Of a stretch of DNA of 46,909 nucleotides, positions 17,202 through 26,634 are shown piece by piece (within the stretch, counting starts at the first letter, position 1; each line of letters begins with the position of its first letter). The position numbers and the translations under genes were made by a program. The notes under the pieces are model-generated. The model was not told where the DNA came from and searched no databases. It was given only the letters and a program-made list of their open reading frames with translations. The DNA is from a virus (taxonomy: Duplodnaviria > Caudoviricetes), in IMG/VR virus record IMGVR_UViG_3300012940_000037, positions 1-46,909 of that record; one strand, 5' to 3'.

Positions 17202-17759
17202 GTGTCTGAGTACGACGCTTGGGATTACCAGGACGAAGACGACGAGCAGCCTATCGATCCTCGCTCGCTGCCTAAGCAGCTCCGAAAGGTGATTCGCGAC
17301 GCCAAGGCGGAAGCTAAGCAAGCGAAGGAAGAGGCAGATAAGCTCCGCCAGGAGCACCGGGAGTTTGTCGTCGGCAATGTCTTGAAGGCGAAGGGCGTAC
17401 CCGAAAAGGTCGCAAAGCTTGTTCCGGCTGACGTTACGTCCGCCGAGGCGATCGAGACGTGGCTTTCTGACTATGGGGATGTGTTCACCCCTTCCTCGTC
17501 TACGCCTGCACCGCAGGCGACTGGTGGGGAGCAGGCGCAGGATGCGCCGGCTAGTCAGGGACAGCAGTTCATCGAGAACGCTGCCACGTCGAACGGTGGT
17601 CTTACCGCCGAAGAGGTCGCTAATACACAGCGCATGCAGCAAGCCGTTTCGACGGCGCAGCCGTTCGGCGGTCGAGCTGAAGAGCTGATGGCGAAGCTGA
17701 ACGACCCTGACCTGACAGAAGAGCAGCTTCACGCCCTCATTAAGAAGGGCGGGCTCTGA
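17202..17759 (+). CDS. Capsid scaffolding protein
   Basis: GGGAG RBS before the GTG at 17202; acidic N-terminus, coiled coil, directly before the capsid gene. Confidence 0.75.
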   Translation: MSEYDAWDYQDEDDEQPIDPRSLPKQLRKVIRDAKAEAKQAKEEADKLRQEHREFVVGNVLKAKGVPEKVAKLVPADVTSAEAIETWLSDYGDVFTPSSSTPAPQATGGEQAQDAPASQGQQFIENAATSNGGLTAEEVANTQRMQQAVSTAQPFGGRAEELMAKLNDPDLTEEQLHALIKKGGL

Positions 17760-17796
17760 TGATTCCCCCATGCGGAGATAGGGCTCCGCCGTAACT

Positions 17797-18765
17797 ATGT
17801 CTAACGTTTATACTTCTACTGATCCGAGTTCTCTCGGTACTAGTCTCATCCAGACCGCGTATGACCGGTTTGTTCGGTTCGCGCTGCGGTCCACGCCTAT
17901 GTTCCGCATGATTGCGGACAGTTCTCCGGCTCAACAGGCTATGCCTGGCAGCTCGGTCGTTATGCAGTTCTATAACGACCTTTCGCCGCAGACTGCGGAG
18001 CTTTCCGAGACGATCGATCCGGATGCCGTTGGTGTGCCGTCTACGAGCAGCGTCACCATTACTCTTCGCGAGTATGGCAATGTTGTTCTGAAGACTCGGA
18101 AGCTTCAGCTCTTCTCGCTGTCTGACGTTGATTCCGGTATCGCCAACATTCTCGCCTACAACATGCGGGATTCGCTGGACGAGATTGTCAGGCCGACCCT
18201 GGTTGGTGGCACCAATCAGGTCCGCATGAACAATGGTGCCCTGAAGTCTAACCTTCTGGCCGGCGCCAACGCCGGCACTGTCGGTGGGATCAAGGCTACC
18301 GACATCTTCAACTCGAAGATGGTTCGTTTCGCGGTCGCGAAGCTCCGCGGCGGCAAGGTCATTCCTCGACAGGGCGACCTTTACGCATGCATGCTTCACC
18401 CTGACCAGTCGCACGACCTTCGGGCCGAGACTGGCGGCGCTGCGTGGCGCGACCCGCACAACCTTGGCGGCCCTGACTCGATCTGGCAGGGCAACATCGG
18501 TATCTACGAGGGCGCTTACTTCGTTGAGTCTCCTCGTATCTACACCAATACCGATGGCGAAGGTTCGGCTACCGTTTACCGGTCGCTGTTCTTCGGTCGC
18601 GAGGCGCTTGCCGAAGCGGTCGCCGAAGAGCCGCACACCGTCATCGGTAACGTCACTGACAAGCTGATGAGGATGCGCCCGGTCGGCTGGTACGGCGTTC
18701 TCGGCTGGTCTCGCTTCCGCGAGGCCGCTCTGATCCGTGGCGAGTCGGCTAGCTCCATCAGCTAA
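17797..18765 (+). CDS. Major capsid protein
   Basis: 322 aa; LSET.DP, EYGN, HPD..DLR.E, G.IG.YEG..F.E, DKL.R..P.GWYG..GW motifs of N4-gp56-like capsids. Confidence 0.9.
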   Translation: MSNVYTSTDPSSLGTSLIQTAYDRFVRFALRSTPMFRMIADSSPAQQAMPGSSVVMQFYNDLSPQTAELSETIDPDAVGVPSTSSVTITLREYGNVVLKTRKLQLFSLSDVDSGIANILAYNMRDSLDEIVRPTLVGGTNQVRMNNGALKSNLLAGANAGTVGGIKATDIFNSKMVRFAVAKLRGGKVIPRQGDLYACMLHPDQSHDLRAETGGAAWRDPHNLGGPDSIWQGNIGIYEGAYFVESPRIYTNTDGEGSATVYRSLFFGREALAEAVAEEPHTVIGNVTDKLMRMRPVGWYGVLGWSRFREAALIRGESASSIS

Positions 18766-18776
18766 ACGCGATTCTA

Positions 18777-18798
18777 AGGGCTCGGGAAACCGAGCCCT
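18777..18798 (+). terminator. GNRA-capped hairpin after the capsid gene (terminator or stabiliser); a second long hairpin lies at 18824-18875
   Basis: AGGGCTCGG-GAAA-CCGAGCCCT. Confidence 0.55.
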
Positions 18799-18885
18799 AC
18801 CCTTCTCTACCCCCACGACCTAAAAGGCCGTCAGATTCTTTCCCCTTCAGCGGGGAGAGGCTATCTGGCGGCCTTCGGTATCTTC

Positions 18886-19296
18886 ATGGCTAATGCACTG
18901 TACGACTCCGCTCGCGAGAGCTTCCTATCAGGCAACCTCGATTGGCTGACAGACAACATCAAGGTTGTGCTCGTGGAGGGCTACACGCCCGACACCGCGA
19001 CGCACGACTTCCTTGACGATGTGACCGGCGCGGGCGGCACGCTCGTCGCCACGAGCGCGAACCTTTCCAACAAGACGGCAACCGATGGCGTCGCGGATGC
19101 CGACGATGTCACTTTCACCGAGGTCGCCGCGGGCGACCCGTGTGACCATCTCGTCATTTACAAGGACACGGGCACCGCTGGAACGTCGAACCTTATCGCT
19201 GTCATCGACACCGCTACCGGCCTGCCACTGACGCCTAACGGCGGTGACGTTACTGTTCAGTGGGATTCGGGCGAGAACAAGATTTTCGCACTGTAA
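18886..19296 (+). CDS. Structural protein (MANALYD...PNGGD.TV.W family)
   Basis: Family typically precedes fibre genes. Confidence 0.7.
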   Translation: MANALYDSARESFLSGNLDWLTDNIKVVLVEGYTPDTATHDFLDDVTGAGGTLVATSANLSNKTATDGVADADDVTFTEVAAGDPCDHLVIYKDTGTAGTSNLIAVIDTATGLPLTPNGGDVTVQWDSGENKIFAL

Positions 19297-19302
19297 CACC
19301 TG

Positions 19303-20667
19303 ATGGCCACTTATAGCGCCAGCTCGTCGGCTTCTAGTCAGACCTCTCCCTATAATATCGCCAGACCTTCGGGTGTTGTTGAAGGCACCTACATGGTTGC
19401 CGCTATCAATAATGACGCGGGCAACAACGGGTCTGGCATTGGCATCTCTGGCGGTTCGACCTGGAACAGTCTTACGTCTGGATTGGGCGGGGACCAAACC
19501 GGCTATCGGCTTTTCTGGAAAATTGCCGGCCCGTCCGAGCCGGCCAACTATTCGGTCACCTACAATACCGCCAGTAGCGCCTACTCAACCGCCCATATCG
19601 TCACCAGTAATGACGCTGGGACAGAGGCGCCCGTCTGGCAGGTGACCACTACTAGCGGTAGTGGCACGTCCGGTCCTACGCCTGGCATTACTCCTCCGGA
19701 CGCTACGGCGCTGGAAATCCGCTTCATCCTGGCGGCGAATAGCAGCAGTGCGGCGCGGACGTGGACGCCGCCAACGGGCCTTGAGGAGAGGACAGACCGT
19801 CAAGAAAGCGGCTGGGTCACCGGCTCGTCCGCGACGAGGACCCTTGCCAGTAGTTCGGCTACCTCCTCCCTGAATTTCACGTGTAGCGGCTCGGTCGTTG
19901 ACAGGGTTGGCATCACGGTCGGTGTGCCGTCTGGGGCTTTTGATCAGGACATTCTTCCGTCCGGCATCGCGACGGGCGAGGCATTCGGGAGTCCGAACGT
20001 CGTAGCCGTCATCGGCCCTACGGGTATCGCCTCTGGCGAGGCGTTCGGCGGACTGATCATCAGCACGCCGCAACCTCAGACGATCGAGGCCGAAGGCGTC
20101 GCATCGGGCGAAGCGTTCGGCACCCTGACGACGCGCCTCTATCTCGGTCCTTCGGGGATCGCGTCGACGACCGTCTTTGGCACGCCGCGCCTGGCGGCGC
20201 TGATCGGACCTGTAGGCATCGCCTCGGGTGAGGCGTTCGGTAGCACGAATGTTGCGATCGAGCAGTTCGTGACCCCTTCGGGTATCGCCTCGGCAGAGGC
20301 GTTCGGGGCTGCGGTGCTCGACATCGGCTATCCGCAGACGATCGAAGTTGTGGGCATCGAGTCTCGCGAGGTCGTAGAGGACCCGCACGTTCGCAACCTG
20401 CATCGCCTGCTACTCGTCAACCCGTCGATCCAAGAGACGCCGGCCGCGTGGGACCGGCTTCACGTGAGGTTCGGTATCCATCGCGGCATCACGATCATCA
20501 AGGACGCTGACGGCGTCTGGTCGAGCGTGCGCTATCCAGCGCAAACCGAGATCGAGGCAGCGCAGAAGGTCTTTCTCGGCGGCCGCCGGCATGACATCAC
20601 CCCGGACGAGGCGGACGAACTGACAGACGCCGGCTACGGCTCATACATCACCTTGGAACCCGCATGA
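19303..20667 (+). CDS. Fibre/decoration protein with seven GIASGEAFG-type repeats
   Basis: Ser/Thr/Gly-rich N-domain, tandem repeats, compact C-terminal domain. Confidence 0.7.
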   Translation: MATYSASSSASSQTSPYNIARPSGVVEGTYMVAAINNDAGNNGSGIGISGGSTWNSLTSGLGGDQTGYRLFWKIAGPSEPANYSVTYNTASSAYSTAHIVTSNDAGTEAPVWQVTTTSGSGTSGPTPGITPPDATALEIRFILAANSSSAARTWTPPTGLEERTDRQESGWVTGSSATRTLASSSATSSLNFTCSGSVVDRVGITVGVPSGAFDQDILPSGIATGEAFGSPNVVAVIGPTGIASGEAFGGLIISTPQPQTIEAEGVASGEAFGTLTTRLYLGPSGIASTTVFGTPRLAALIGPVGIASGEAFGSTNVAIEQFVTPSGIASAEAFGAAVLDIGYPQTIEVVGIESREVVEDPHVRNLHRLLLVNPSIQETPAAWDRLHVRFGIHRGITIIKDADGVWSSVRYPAQTEIEAAQKVFLGGRRHDITPDEADELTDAGYGSYITLEPA

Positions 20668-20936
20668 CCTGTATCGCTGCCTGCGCTACGCAGGATCACG
20701 CCTCGTGGGGCGCCTGCCGGCGCGCCCACGGGATCAAGGTCGGCTATTGCCGATCGGCCACGAATCCGAACCACGACTACACCGCGGACAAGCGCTGGAA
20801 CGCTGAGCTTGACCTTTATGCCAGCGCCCGCAAGCAGGGCATCCAGCCGGACAGCACGCAGACACGCCAGATCCGTCACGCCCTAGACGAATCCGATCGG
20901 GTCGGCAAGCCCTACGGGGTGCGCGATGACTCTTGA
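20664..20936 (+). CDS. Hypothetical protein (C..C.TQDH.SWG.C.R)
   Basis: ATGA overlap. Confidence 0.7.
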   Translation: MTCIAACATQDHASWGACRRAHGIKVGYCRSATNPNHDYTADKRWNAELDLYASARKQGIQPDSTQTRQIRHALDESDRVGKPYGVRDDS

Positions 20937-21174
20937 CCTACAAGGCCAGCTTAATCGGCTGGCCGGTACTTCTGGCCTCGGCGCGGCGGGCGCCGCGAAC
21001 GCGTGGGCCGGCACGACCGGCCTCGAAGTTGTGGGCGCGCTGAACGAGAAGGCTCGTGCCGATCTTGACGAGTGGCCTCACGATCAGGACCTACAAGGCG
21101 TGTGTAACGCCCTGGCAGGCACGACCGGACTGGCGCCTCCGGGCGCCCTGGCGACTATCCCGGACCCCGAATGA
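20926..21174 (+). CDS. Hypothetical structural protein
   Basis: GAANAWAGTTGL..VGALN and CN.LAGTTGL internal repeat. Confidence 0.7.
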   Translation: MTLDLQGQLNRLAGTSGLGAAGAANAWAGTTGLEVVGALNEKARADLDEWPHDQDLQGVCNALAGTTGLAPPGALATIPDPE

Positions 21175-22067
21175 GCACTCTCTCTCAAATGACGGATAGG
21201 GTTATTTCCTATCTTCAAGGCTTTAGCCGCGACCAGGACGAGAAGACTTGGATTCTCGGCGACATCGCAGACGACGATTTGACGTTCCGCGTGAATGACC
21301 CGAAGTTCATCAGCGCGGGCATGTGCGAGATCGGCGATGAACTGCTATGGGTCGCTCGTGTCGATAACTCGTCGGGCGATGTGACGGTCGCGCCTTTCGG
21401 GCGCGGCTATCAGGGAACAACCGCGGCCGCGCACTCCGCCAATGACTGCATCATCAACAGCCCGAAGTTTCCAAGGCGACAAGTTCAGCAGGCTATCAAC
21501 GACACTATTCGTGGCGTCTATCCGGACCTGTACGTTGTCGGCAATCACGAGTTTGACTATGTGGCGGCGCGAACTACGTTCGAGCTTCCCGAGGACGTTG
21601 ACACGGTTCGCCATGTGACTACGCAGACGATCGGCCCGACGAAGCGATGGGCGACGCTGGTCCGCTGGCGTTTCAACCCGCAGGCCGATCCTGACAGTTT
21701 CGATTCCGGTAAGAGCCTCGACATTTACCAGGAGCCGATCGCAGGCCAAGCCGTACGGGTCACCTACACGAAGCCCCCCAGTGCTTTCACGGACGACGAC
21801 ACGGAGTTTGCGACGGCAACCGGCCTGGCGGCCACGTCGGAAGATTGCATCGTCTACGGCGCATGCTTCCGCCTCGTCGGTCTTATGGAGGCGCCGCGCC
21901 TCCAAATCAACGCGATTGAACAGCAGCTCCGCTCTCAACAGGTTCCGCCCGGCTCGTCTCAGCACGCGGCCCGGCATTTCCTTCAGATGTATCAGCTCGC
22001 TTTGATGAGCGAGCGTGAGCGGCTGAACCGGCTCAATCCTTCAACCTCGCATCTCGGATACATTTAA
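21171..22067 (+). CDS. Putative tail tubular/adaptor protein
   Basis: EIGDEL.WV, GRGY.GT.A..H; position before the fibre and nozzle genes. Confidence 0.6.
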   Translation: MSTLSQMTDRVISYLQGFSRDQDEKTWILGDIADDDLTFRVNDPKFISAGMCEIGDELLWVARVDNSSGDVTVAPFGRGYQGTTAAAHSANDCIINSPKFPRRQVQQAINDTIRGVYPDLYVVGNHEFDYVAARTTFELPEDVDTVRHVTTQTIGPTKRWATLVRWRFNPQADPDSFDSGKSLDIYQEPIAGQAVRVTYTKPPSAFTDDDTEFATATGLAATSEDCIVYGACFRLVGLMEAPRLQINAIEQQLRSQQVPPGSSQHAARHFLQMYQLALMSERERLNRLNPSTSHLGYI

Positions 22068-23077
22068 TGGCACGCAATTTTTCTAACGTCGCCGAAGAGA
22101 CGACCCTATCGAGCGGTATCAACAGCTCTGACACGTCTATCACTGTCGGCTCGAATACCGGCTATCCGTCCGTGCCTTACACGATCATCATTGATCCCGG
22201 TCTGGCTACGGAGGAGGTTTGCGAGGTGACCGCGGTTGCGGGCACCACGTGGACTATCACGCGGGGCGTGGACGGCACGCCGGCCAGCTCGCACGACTCC
22301 GGAGCGACGGTCGTCCACGGCTATTCGGCCCGCGACCTGCGTGACGTGCAAGACCACATCGCAGACAGCACAGGCGTCCATGGCCTGGGCGCCTCATCTT
22401 CGGTCGTCGGCACGACCGACACGCAAACGCTGACGAACAAGACGCTCACGAGCCCGACAATTTCGGGCGGCACGATCACCGGTGTCACGTTCGGGTCTGG
22501 CCTCACGTTCCAAAGCCCGACGCTGGTCACTCCTACTATCGCGAGTTTCGTGAATGCCACGCACGATCATAGCGACGACGCCAACGGCGGCACGCTCGAC
22601 GGCGGCGGTGGCGGGGGAGCTACAGGGCTCGCCTATAAGCGGTCTTCCGCGTCGTCAACCGAAGTGAGTATTTCCAGCGTGGGCGACAACGGAGCACAGG
22701 CGGTCTCTTTCGGGACGCTCGATCATAATGTGGGCGGGAATAACACGTGGGCGGCCAACACTGGCAGCACGCGAATCACTTTGCCGACTGACGTTGATGA
22801 CGCCGTATGGCATGTCTCGGCAAGTGTCACGGTCAGCGTGGAGAGCGAGTTTGACGCCCATTACATCAACATCGTTCACCAGGATGAGGGCATTCTAGCG
22901 AGTTCGGGTGACGCTGTCGCGCTGGGCGCGACCAGCGTGCAACGGCGCTACGCGTGTAGCGCGGATTTCCAGGCGAACAGCGGACGGTGGGTGGAGGTCC
23001 GTATTGCTAGCGATGAGGAGTCGCCTAGCACCGTTCAACTTGAGGATCGGCAGATCTCGATTCACCGGGTGGCGTAA
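22067..23077 (+). CDS. Putative tail fibre/spike protein
   Basis: TITRG.DGT.A..H.SGA.V.H and TQTLTNKTLTSPTI motifs. Confidence 0.7.
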   Translation: MARNFSNVAEETTLSSGINSSDTSITVGSNTGYPSVPYTIIIDPGLATEEVCEVTAVAGTTWTITRGVDGTPASSHDSGATVVHGYSARDLRDVQDHIADSTGVHGLGASSSVVGTTDTQTLTNKTLTSPTISGGTITGVTFGSGLTFQSPTLVTPTIASFVNATHDHSDDANGGTLDGGGGGGATGLAYKRSSASSTEVSISSVGDNGAQAVSFGTLDHNVGGNNTWAANTGSTRITLPTDVDDAVWHVSASVTVSVESEFDAHYINIVHQDEGILASSGDAVALGATSVQRRYACSADFQANSGRWVEVRIASDEESPSTVQLEDRQISIHRVA

Positions 23078-24969
23078 TGCCTAGGCCGCAAAGTGCTATC
23101 ACGGGCACTCTGCCGACGCCACTCTTCCGGGTGGCGTCCAGCGCGAACCCTTTCCAGGACTTCTACAACACTTTCGATTACGCCATTGGTGGCGTGCCTT
23201 TCAGGGCGGACACAAGTCCGGAGAATCCTCTCGTGCGCAGCAGCGCACAATTCCGGAAAGACCAATTCGATAATGGCCTTGAGCCGGGCGAGCAATCCCT
23301 GTCCGGGTGGTGGCTGCGTTCTCAGTCGTCTTGGCATCTCGGCGCCGGGATCGTGAATTCAGACGTTCGTCTCGATGAGTCGGCGGAATTCCGGTATTCC
23401 GATTCGGAGGGCGTTGACCCGTGGGACGAAGGGCAGATGCGACTTCTGCACAAGATGACCAACGTCGCCGAGGGGGGAAGCTCTGTGCTGGCTGTGGGTG
23501 TCGTGGGCTTGGTTGATGGCGTGCTGTACGCCGATGGCGACGCCCTATACCTGGTGGATTCCGATAGTGCCGACGAGATCGATTGGGGCGGCGACTCCAC
23601 GATTCTCAGCATCACGACCGATGGGGCGAACTGGTATGCCGCCTCCGCGGACGGCATCTATTCCGGGCCGCTGACGGGCACCACGGACGGCTCGAAGCTG
23701 TGGACGATCAGCGCCGCGACTGCGGTCATCCGCTGGTGTAAGGGGCGCCTCGTGGCCGCGGTGAACAACGCCCTGTATGAACTGGTGCCCACGGGGGGCA
23801 GCGCACCCCATGGCCTGCCTACGGCTACGTACACGCATCCTGTGACCTCGTGGCAATGGACGGGTATCTCTGAAGGTCCCGAGGCGATCTACGCCATCGG
23901 GTATGGCGGTGTCGAGTCGTTCATTCTGAAGCTCGCGCTGACCACGGCCGGCGCTCTGCCGACGCTGACCGTTGCCACGGTCGCGGCGGAGCTGCCGCGC
24001 GGGGAGCTGGGTACAGCCCTCTATACGTACGTCGGCAAGTTCTTGTGTGTCGGCACGTCCAAGGGGGTGCGTATCGCTGTCGCGACCGTGGGGGGCGATA
24101 TCGAGTACGGTCCTCTGATTCCGACGCCTGCCGAGGTCAAGGATTTTGTGGCCATCGACCACTTCGTGTACGCCGGTTTCACGGGCGGCTTTTCTGATGA
24201 AACATCGGGCGCTTTGAGAATCGACCTGGCTGCCCCGTTGGGCTCGGGTCGCTACCCGTACGCGAAGGATGCGATGGTTCACGAGGCCGGCGAGGTCACG
24301 GGCGTGACCACGTTCGGCCGGCAAGAACGGCTCGTGCTCGCGGTCGCGGGCGAGGGTTTGTTCGTGCAGTCCACGACGGACTATGAGCAAAACGGCTGGT
24401 TCGAGACTGGCCGCATTCGGCACAACACTTTGTGGCCTAAGTTGTTCAAGCGTTTCCGGATCAAGGCCGATCTTGACGGGCCTATCGCTATCGCGAGTGT
24501 GGACGACAACGGCAACAGGACTCTTCTCGCTTCCGTCTCGTCTGCTGCGCAGCAGGACGAGGATTTGCCCATCAATGTGCCGACGACCCCGCAAGAATTT
24601 ATTCAGCTTCGATTCACACTTTCGGCGCCTTCGGGCGACGCCACGAAGACGCCTGTTCTTCGCGGGTATCAGGTGAAGTCTCTGCCGGGCGGCCCGAGGC
24701 CGCGCCGGTACATCATTCCTCTCCGCTGCTATGACAGTGAGTTGGATCTGAACGGCGTGAGAATGGGCTATCCGGGGTTCGCTCTTGAGCGGCTTCAGGA
24801 GATGGAAGCGCTCGACAGCGCCGGCGAAGTGGTCCTCTTCGAGGACCTGGCGGCCGGCACCGCCGAGCCCGTGACCATTGAGCAGATTGAGTTTCGGCAG
24901 CAAGTCCCGCCGCAGTCGCGGGAGTCGTGGGGTGGCGTGCTGACGGTTGAACTACGGACGTTGAACTAG
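23077..24969 (+). CDS. Putative tail tubular B/nozzle protein
   Basis: FDYAIGG.PF, KDQFD...EPGEQSL.GWWLRSQSSWH.GAG; beta-rich, 630 aa. Confidence 0.65.
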   Translation: MPRPQSAITGTLPTPLFRVASSANPFQDFYNTFDYAIGGVPFRADTSPENPLVRSSAQFRKDQFDNGLEPGEQSLSGWWLRSQSSWHLGAGIVNSDVRLDESAEFRYSDSEGVDPWDEGQMRLLHKMTNVAEGGSSVLAVGVVGLVDGVLYADGDALYLVDSDSADEIDWGGDSTILSITTDGANWYAASADGIYSGPLTGTTDGSKLWTISAATAVIRWCKGRLVAAVNNALYELVPTGGSAPHGLPTATYTHPVTSWQWTGISEGPEAIYAIGYGGVESFILKLALTTAGALPTLTVATVAAELPRGELGTALYTYVGKFLCVGTSKGVRIAVATVGGDIEYGPLIPTPAEVKDFVAIDHFVYAGFTGGFSDETSGALRIDLAAPLGSGRYPYAKDAMVHEAGEVTGVTTFGRQERLVLAVAGEGLFVQSTTDYEQNGWFETGRIRHNTLWPKLFKRFRIKADLDGPIAIASVDDNGNRTLLASVSSAAQQDEDLPINVPTTPQEFIQLRFTLSAPSGDATKTPVLRGYQVKSLPGGPRPRRYIIPLRCYDSELDLNGVRMGYPGFALERLQEMEALDSAGEVVLFEDLAAGTAEPVTIEQIEFRQQVPPQSRESWGGVLTVELRTLN

Positions 24970-25349
24970 TGGTTACTGAAATCACGGTCGCGGTTGCGAC
25001 CGCTCTCATTATCGGATTGGGGACGCTGGCTTACCGCGCCATCATGCGCGGTATCAAAGCCTATATGCGTGATGAGGTTCGCTCTCATCTGGTCCCGAAT
25101 GGGGGCGGCAGCCTCGCTGACCGCCTGACCAAAGTTGAAGAGTTGGTAAGCAAGCTTACCGAGCAGGCGGAGGAAACCGGATGTCTGCCTGGCTGCCCAC
25201 GGCTGAACGCATACCCGCCTACAGGGACGCCGGCGTTCTGGCAATGGATGCCCCACGATGCCTATGGATCGCAAGCGGGCTGGGCGGAGAGTACTCCGCA
25301 CGCCTCACCGCCGAATATTCCAATGCCTACCTTTGCCCCCCCCACCTGA
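24969..25349 (+). CDS. Single-TM lysis-region membrane protein (PNGG.SL.D motif)
   Basis: N-terminal TM helix; the 3' part overlaps the next gene by 169 nt. Confidence 0.65.
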   Translation: MVTEITVAVATALIIGLGTLAYRAIMRGIKAYMRDEVRSHLVPNGGGSLADRLTKVEELVSKLTEQAEETGCLPGCPRLNAYPPTGTPAFWQWMPHDAYGSQAGWAESTPHASPPNIPMPTFAPPT

Positions 25350-25669
25350 TTTACGACCCTCGCAACGACGAAGTGATTCAGATGGTGCCCGCGGACAGGC
25401 GGGCGACGTGGGTTGCGTCGGAAGGCATTCAGGTTGTGGTGTGCGAGACGACGCAGGAATGCCCATTCCCGCCGAAGGGGGAAGAATTTGAGAGCCTTTC
25501 AGGGCTGGCGGGTGTCCTAGGTTGGCTCCGAGATTTGGGCGTCCCAGATTTTTGCCCTCTCGGCCCTGCCGTGCCGAGCATGCCGAAGGCAGCCGGGAAG
25601 GCTGCCGGCCACTACAGCAGCGAAGGAAAGATTGATGTCGGTCGTTTGGTCCGATCCCGAATTCCCTGA
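25181..25669 (+). CDS. Degenerate amidase-like protein
   Basis: GGAGG RBS; W.P.A.R, PHL.YDP, QM.P...RA, IQ and W.R..GVP pattern, lacking the Zn ligands. Confidence 0.55.
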   Translation: MSAWLPTAERIPAYRDAGVLAMDAPRCLWIASGLGGEYSARLTAEYSNAYLCPPHLIYDPRNDEVIQMVPADRRATWVASEGIQVVVCETTQECPFPPKGEEFESLSGLAGVLGWLRDLGVPDFCPLGPAVPSMPKAAGKAAGHYSSEGKIDVGRLVRSRIP

Positions 25670-25739
25670 CGAACTGCCGCCCGAGGCGGACGTTCCCGAG
25701 GGCACTGACGAAGAGGTTGACGACGATGGCGAAGAGTAA
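25635..25739 (+). CDS. Tiny acidic peptide (34 aa, MSVVWSDPEFPDELPPEADVPEGTDEEVDDDGEE)
   Basis: GAAGGA RBS; fills the gap and overlaps the endolysin start. Confidence 0.4.
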   Translation: MSVVWSDPEFPDELPPEADVPEGTDEEVDDDGEE

Positions 25740-26340
25740 GGCGCAGCTCGTCACGTCGATCGGGGAAAAGCTGGTCGCCCACTACGGGCGACCGAACAAG
25801 TTCATCACCTGGTGGTGTGAACCGCGCGGGCTCAAGGGCTCATGGCTGACGGCTCCGTGGTGCGCCATGTTCGCGAGCTACCTCTACAGCTCTGCCGGCC
25901 TGGCAAAGGAGGCAGGGCAGTTCGCTTACTGCCCCTCGTGGGTCAACTGGCTCAAGGCTCGCAAGCGGTGGGGCTCGACCCCGCGCGTGGGCGCGCTGGT
26001 CTTCTACTCGTGGAAGGCGAACGGCGTAGCCGACCATGTGGGCATCGTGACCGCGGTCGGCAGCAAGACGATTAAGAGCCTCGAAGGCAACACCACGAAG
26101 GGCGGCGCCAAGAATTGGGTAGCCGTGCAGACGCGCAAGCGCGACAAGACGATCCTTGGTTATGGCTATGTCGATAACCCGGTTAAGGAACGCCTCTATA
26201 CCGTCCGCAAGGGCGACAGCCTGGCCAAGATCGCGGCGCTGTATGACACCACGTGGCAGAAGCTCTATGCGGCGAACAAGGCTGCCGTGGGAAGCAAGCC
26301 TAGCCTTATCAAGCCTGGCCTAGTCCTGCGGATACCCTAG
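25726..26340 (+). CDS. Endolysin, CHAP domain plus C-terminal LysM
   Basis: WCAMF, PRVGALVFY, DHVGIV, EGNT; YTVRKGDSL..IA...W..LY.AN...I.PG.VL.IP. Confidence 0.9.
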   Translation: MAKSKAQLVTSIGEKLVAHYGRPNKFITWWCEPRGLKGSWLTAPWCAMFASYLYSSAGLAKEAGQFAYCPSWVNWLKARKRWGSTPRVGALVFYSWKANGVADHVGIVTAVGSKTIKSLEGNTTKGGAKNWVAVQTRKRDKTILGYGYVDNPVKERLYTVRKGDSLAKIAALYDTTWQKLYAANKAAVGSKPSLIKPGLVLRIP

Positions 26341-26634
26341 CCCGTTCCGGGCCAGCCACAGGTCAACCGCTTCGCGGCGCTGTTCGTCCTGGCGGATTTG
26401 CACGAGATGTTTATGGGCTTCCGCCACTAGCGCCGCATCCCAGCACTGCGGGTGCTGCGTGATGTGCTCGGCGACGGCCACGGTCGCGGCCGGCGACTTG
26501 TCCTCTGACAGCTCGTACGCGACCGCCCTTAGGTGGTCGCACGGATCGATCCGCTTGCCTCCGTCTGCACCGTTCGCGCAGGCGGTTGCACATAGCAGTG
26601 CAGATATCGCGAGTAGTGCTCTGGACCGCACCAT
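26320..26634 (-). CDS. Putative lipoprotein (possible superinfection exclusion)
   Basis: Signal peptide with lipobox ATAC; GGGAGA RBS; co-oriented downstream of the integrase. Confidence 0.6.
   Translation of the reverse strand: MVRSRALLAISALLCATACANGADGGKRIDPCDHLRAVAYELSEDKSPAATVAVAEHITQHPQCWDAALVAEAHKHLVQIRQDEQRREAVDLWLARNGLGYPQD

Noticed and set aside
19950-20385. Diversity-generating retroelement repeats
   Set aside because: No reverse transcriptase is present; the repeats are conserved at the protein level, not adenine-variable TR/VR pairs.
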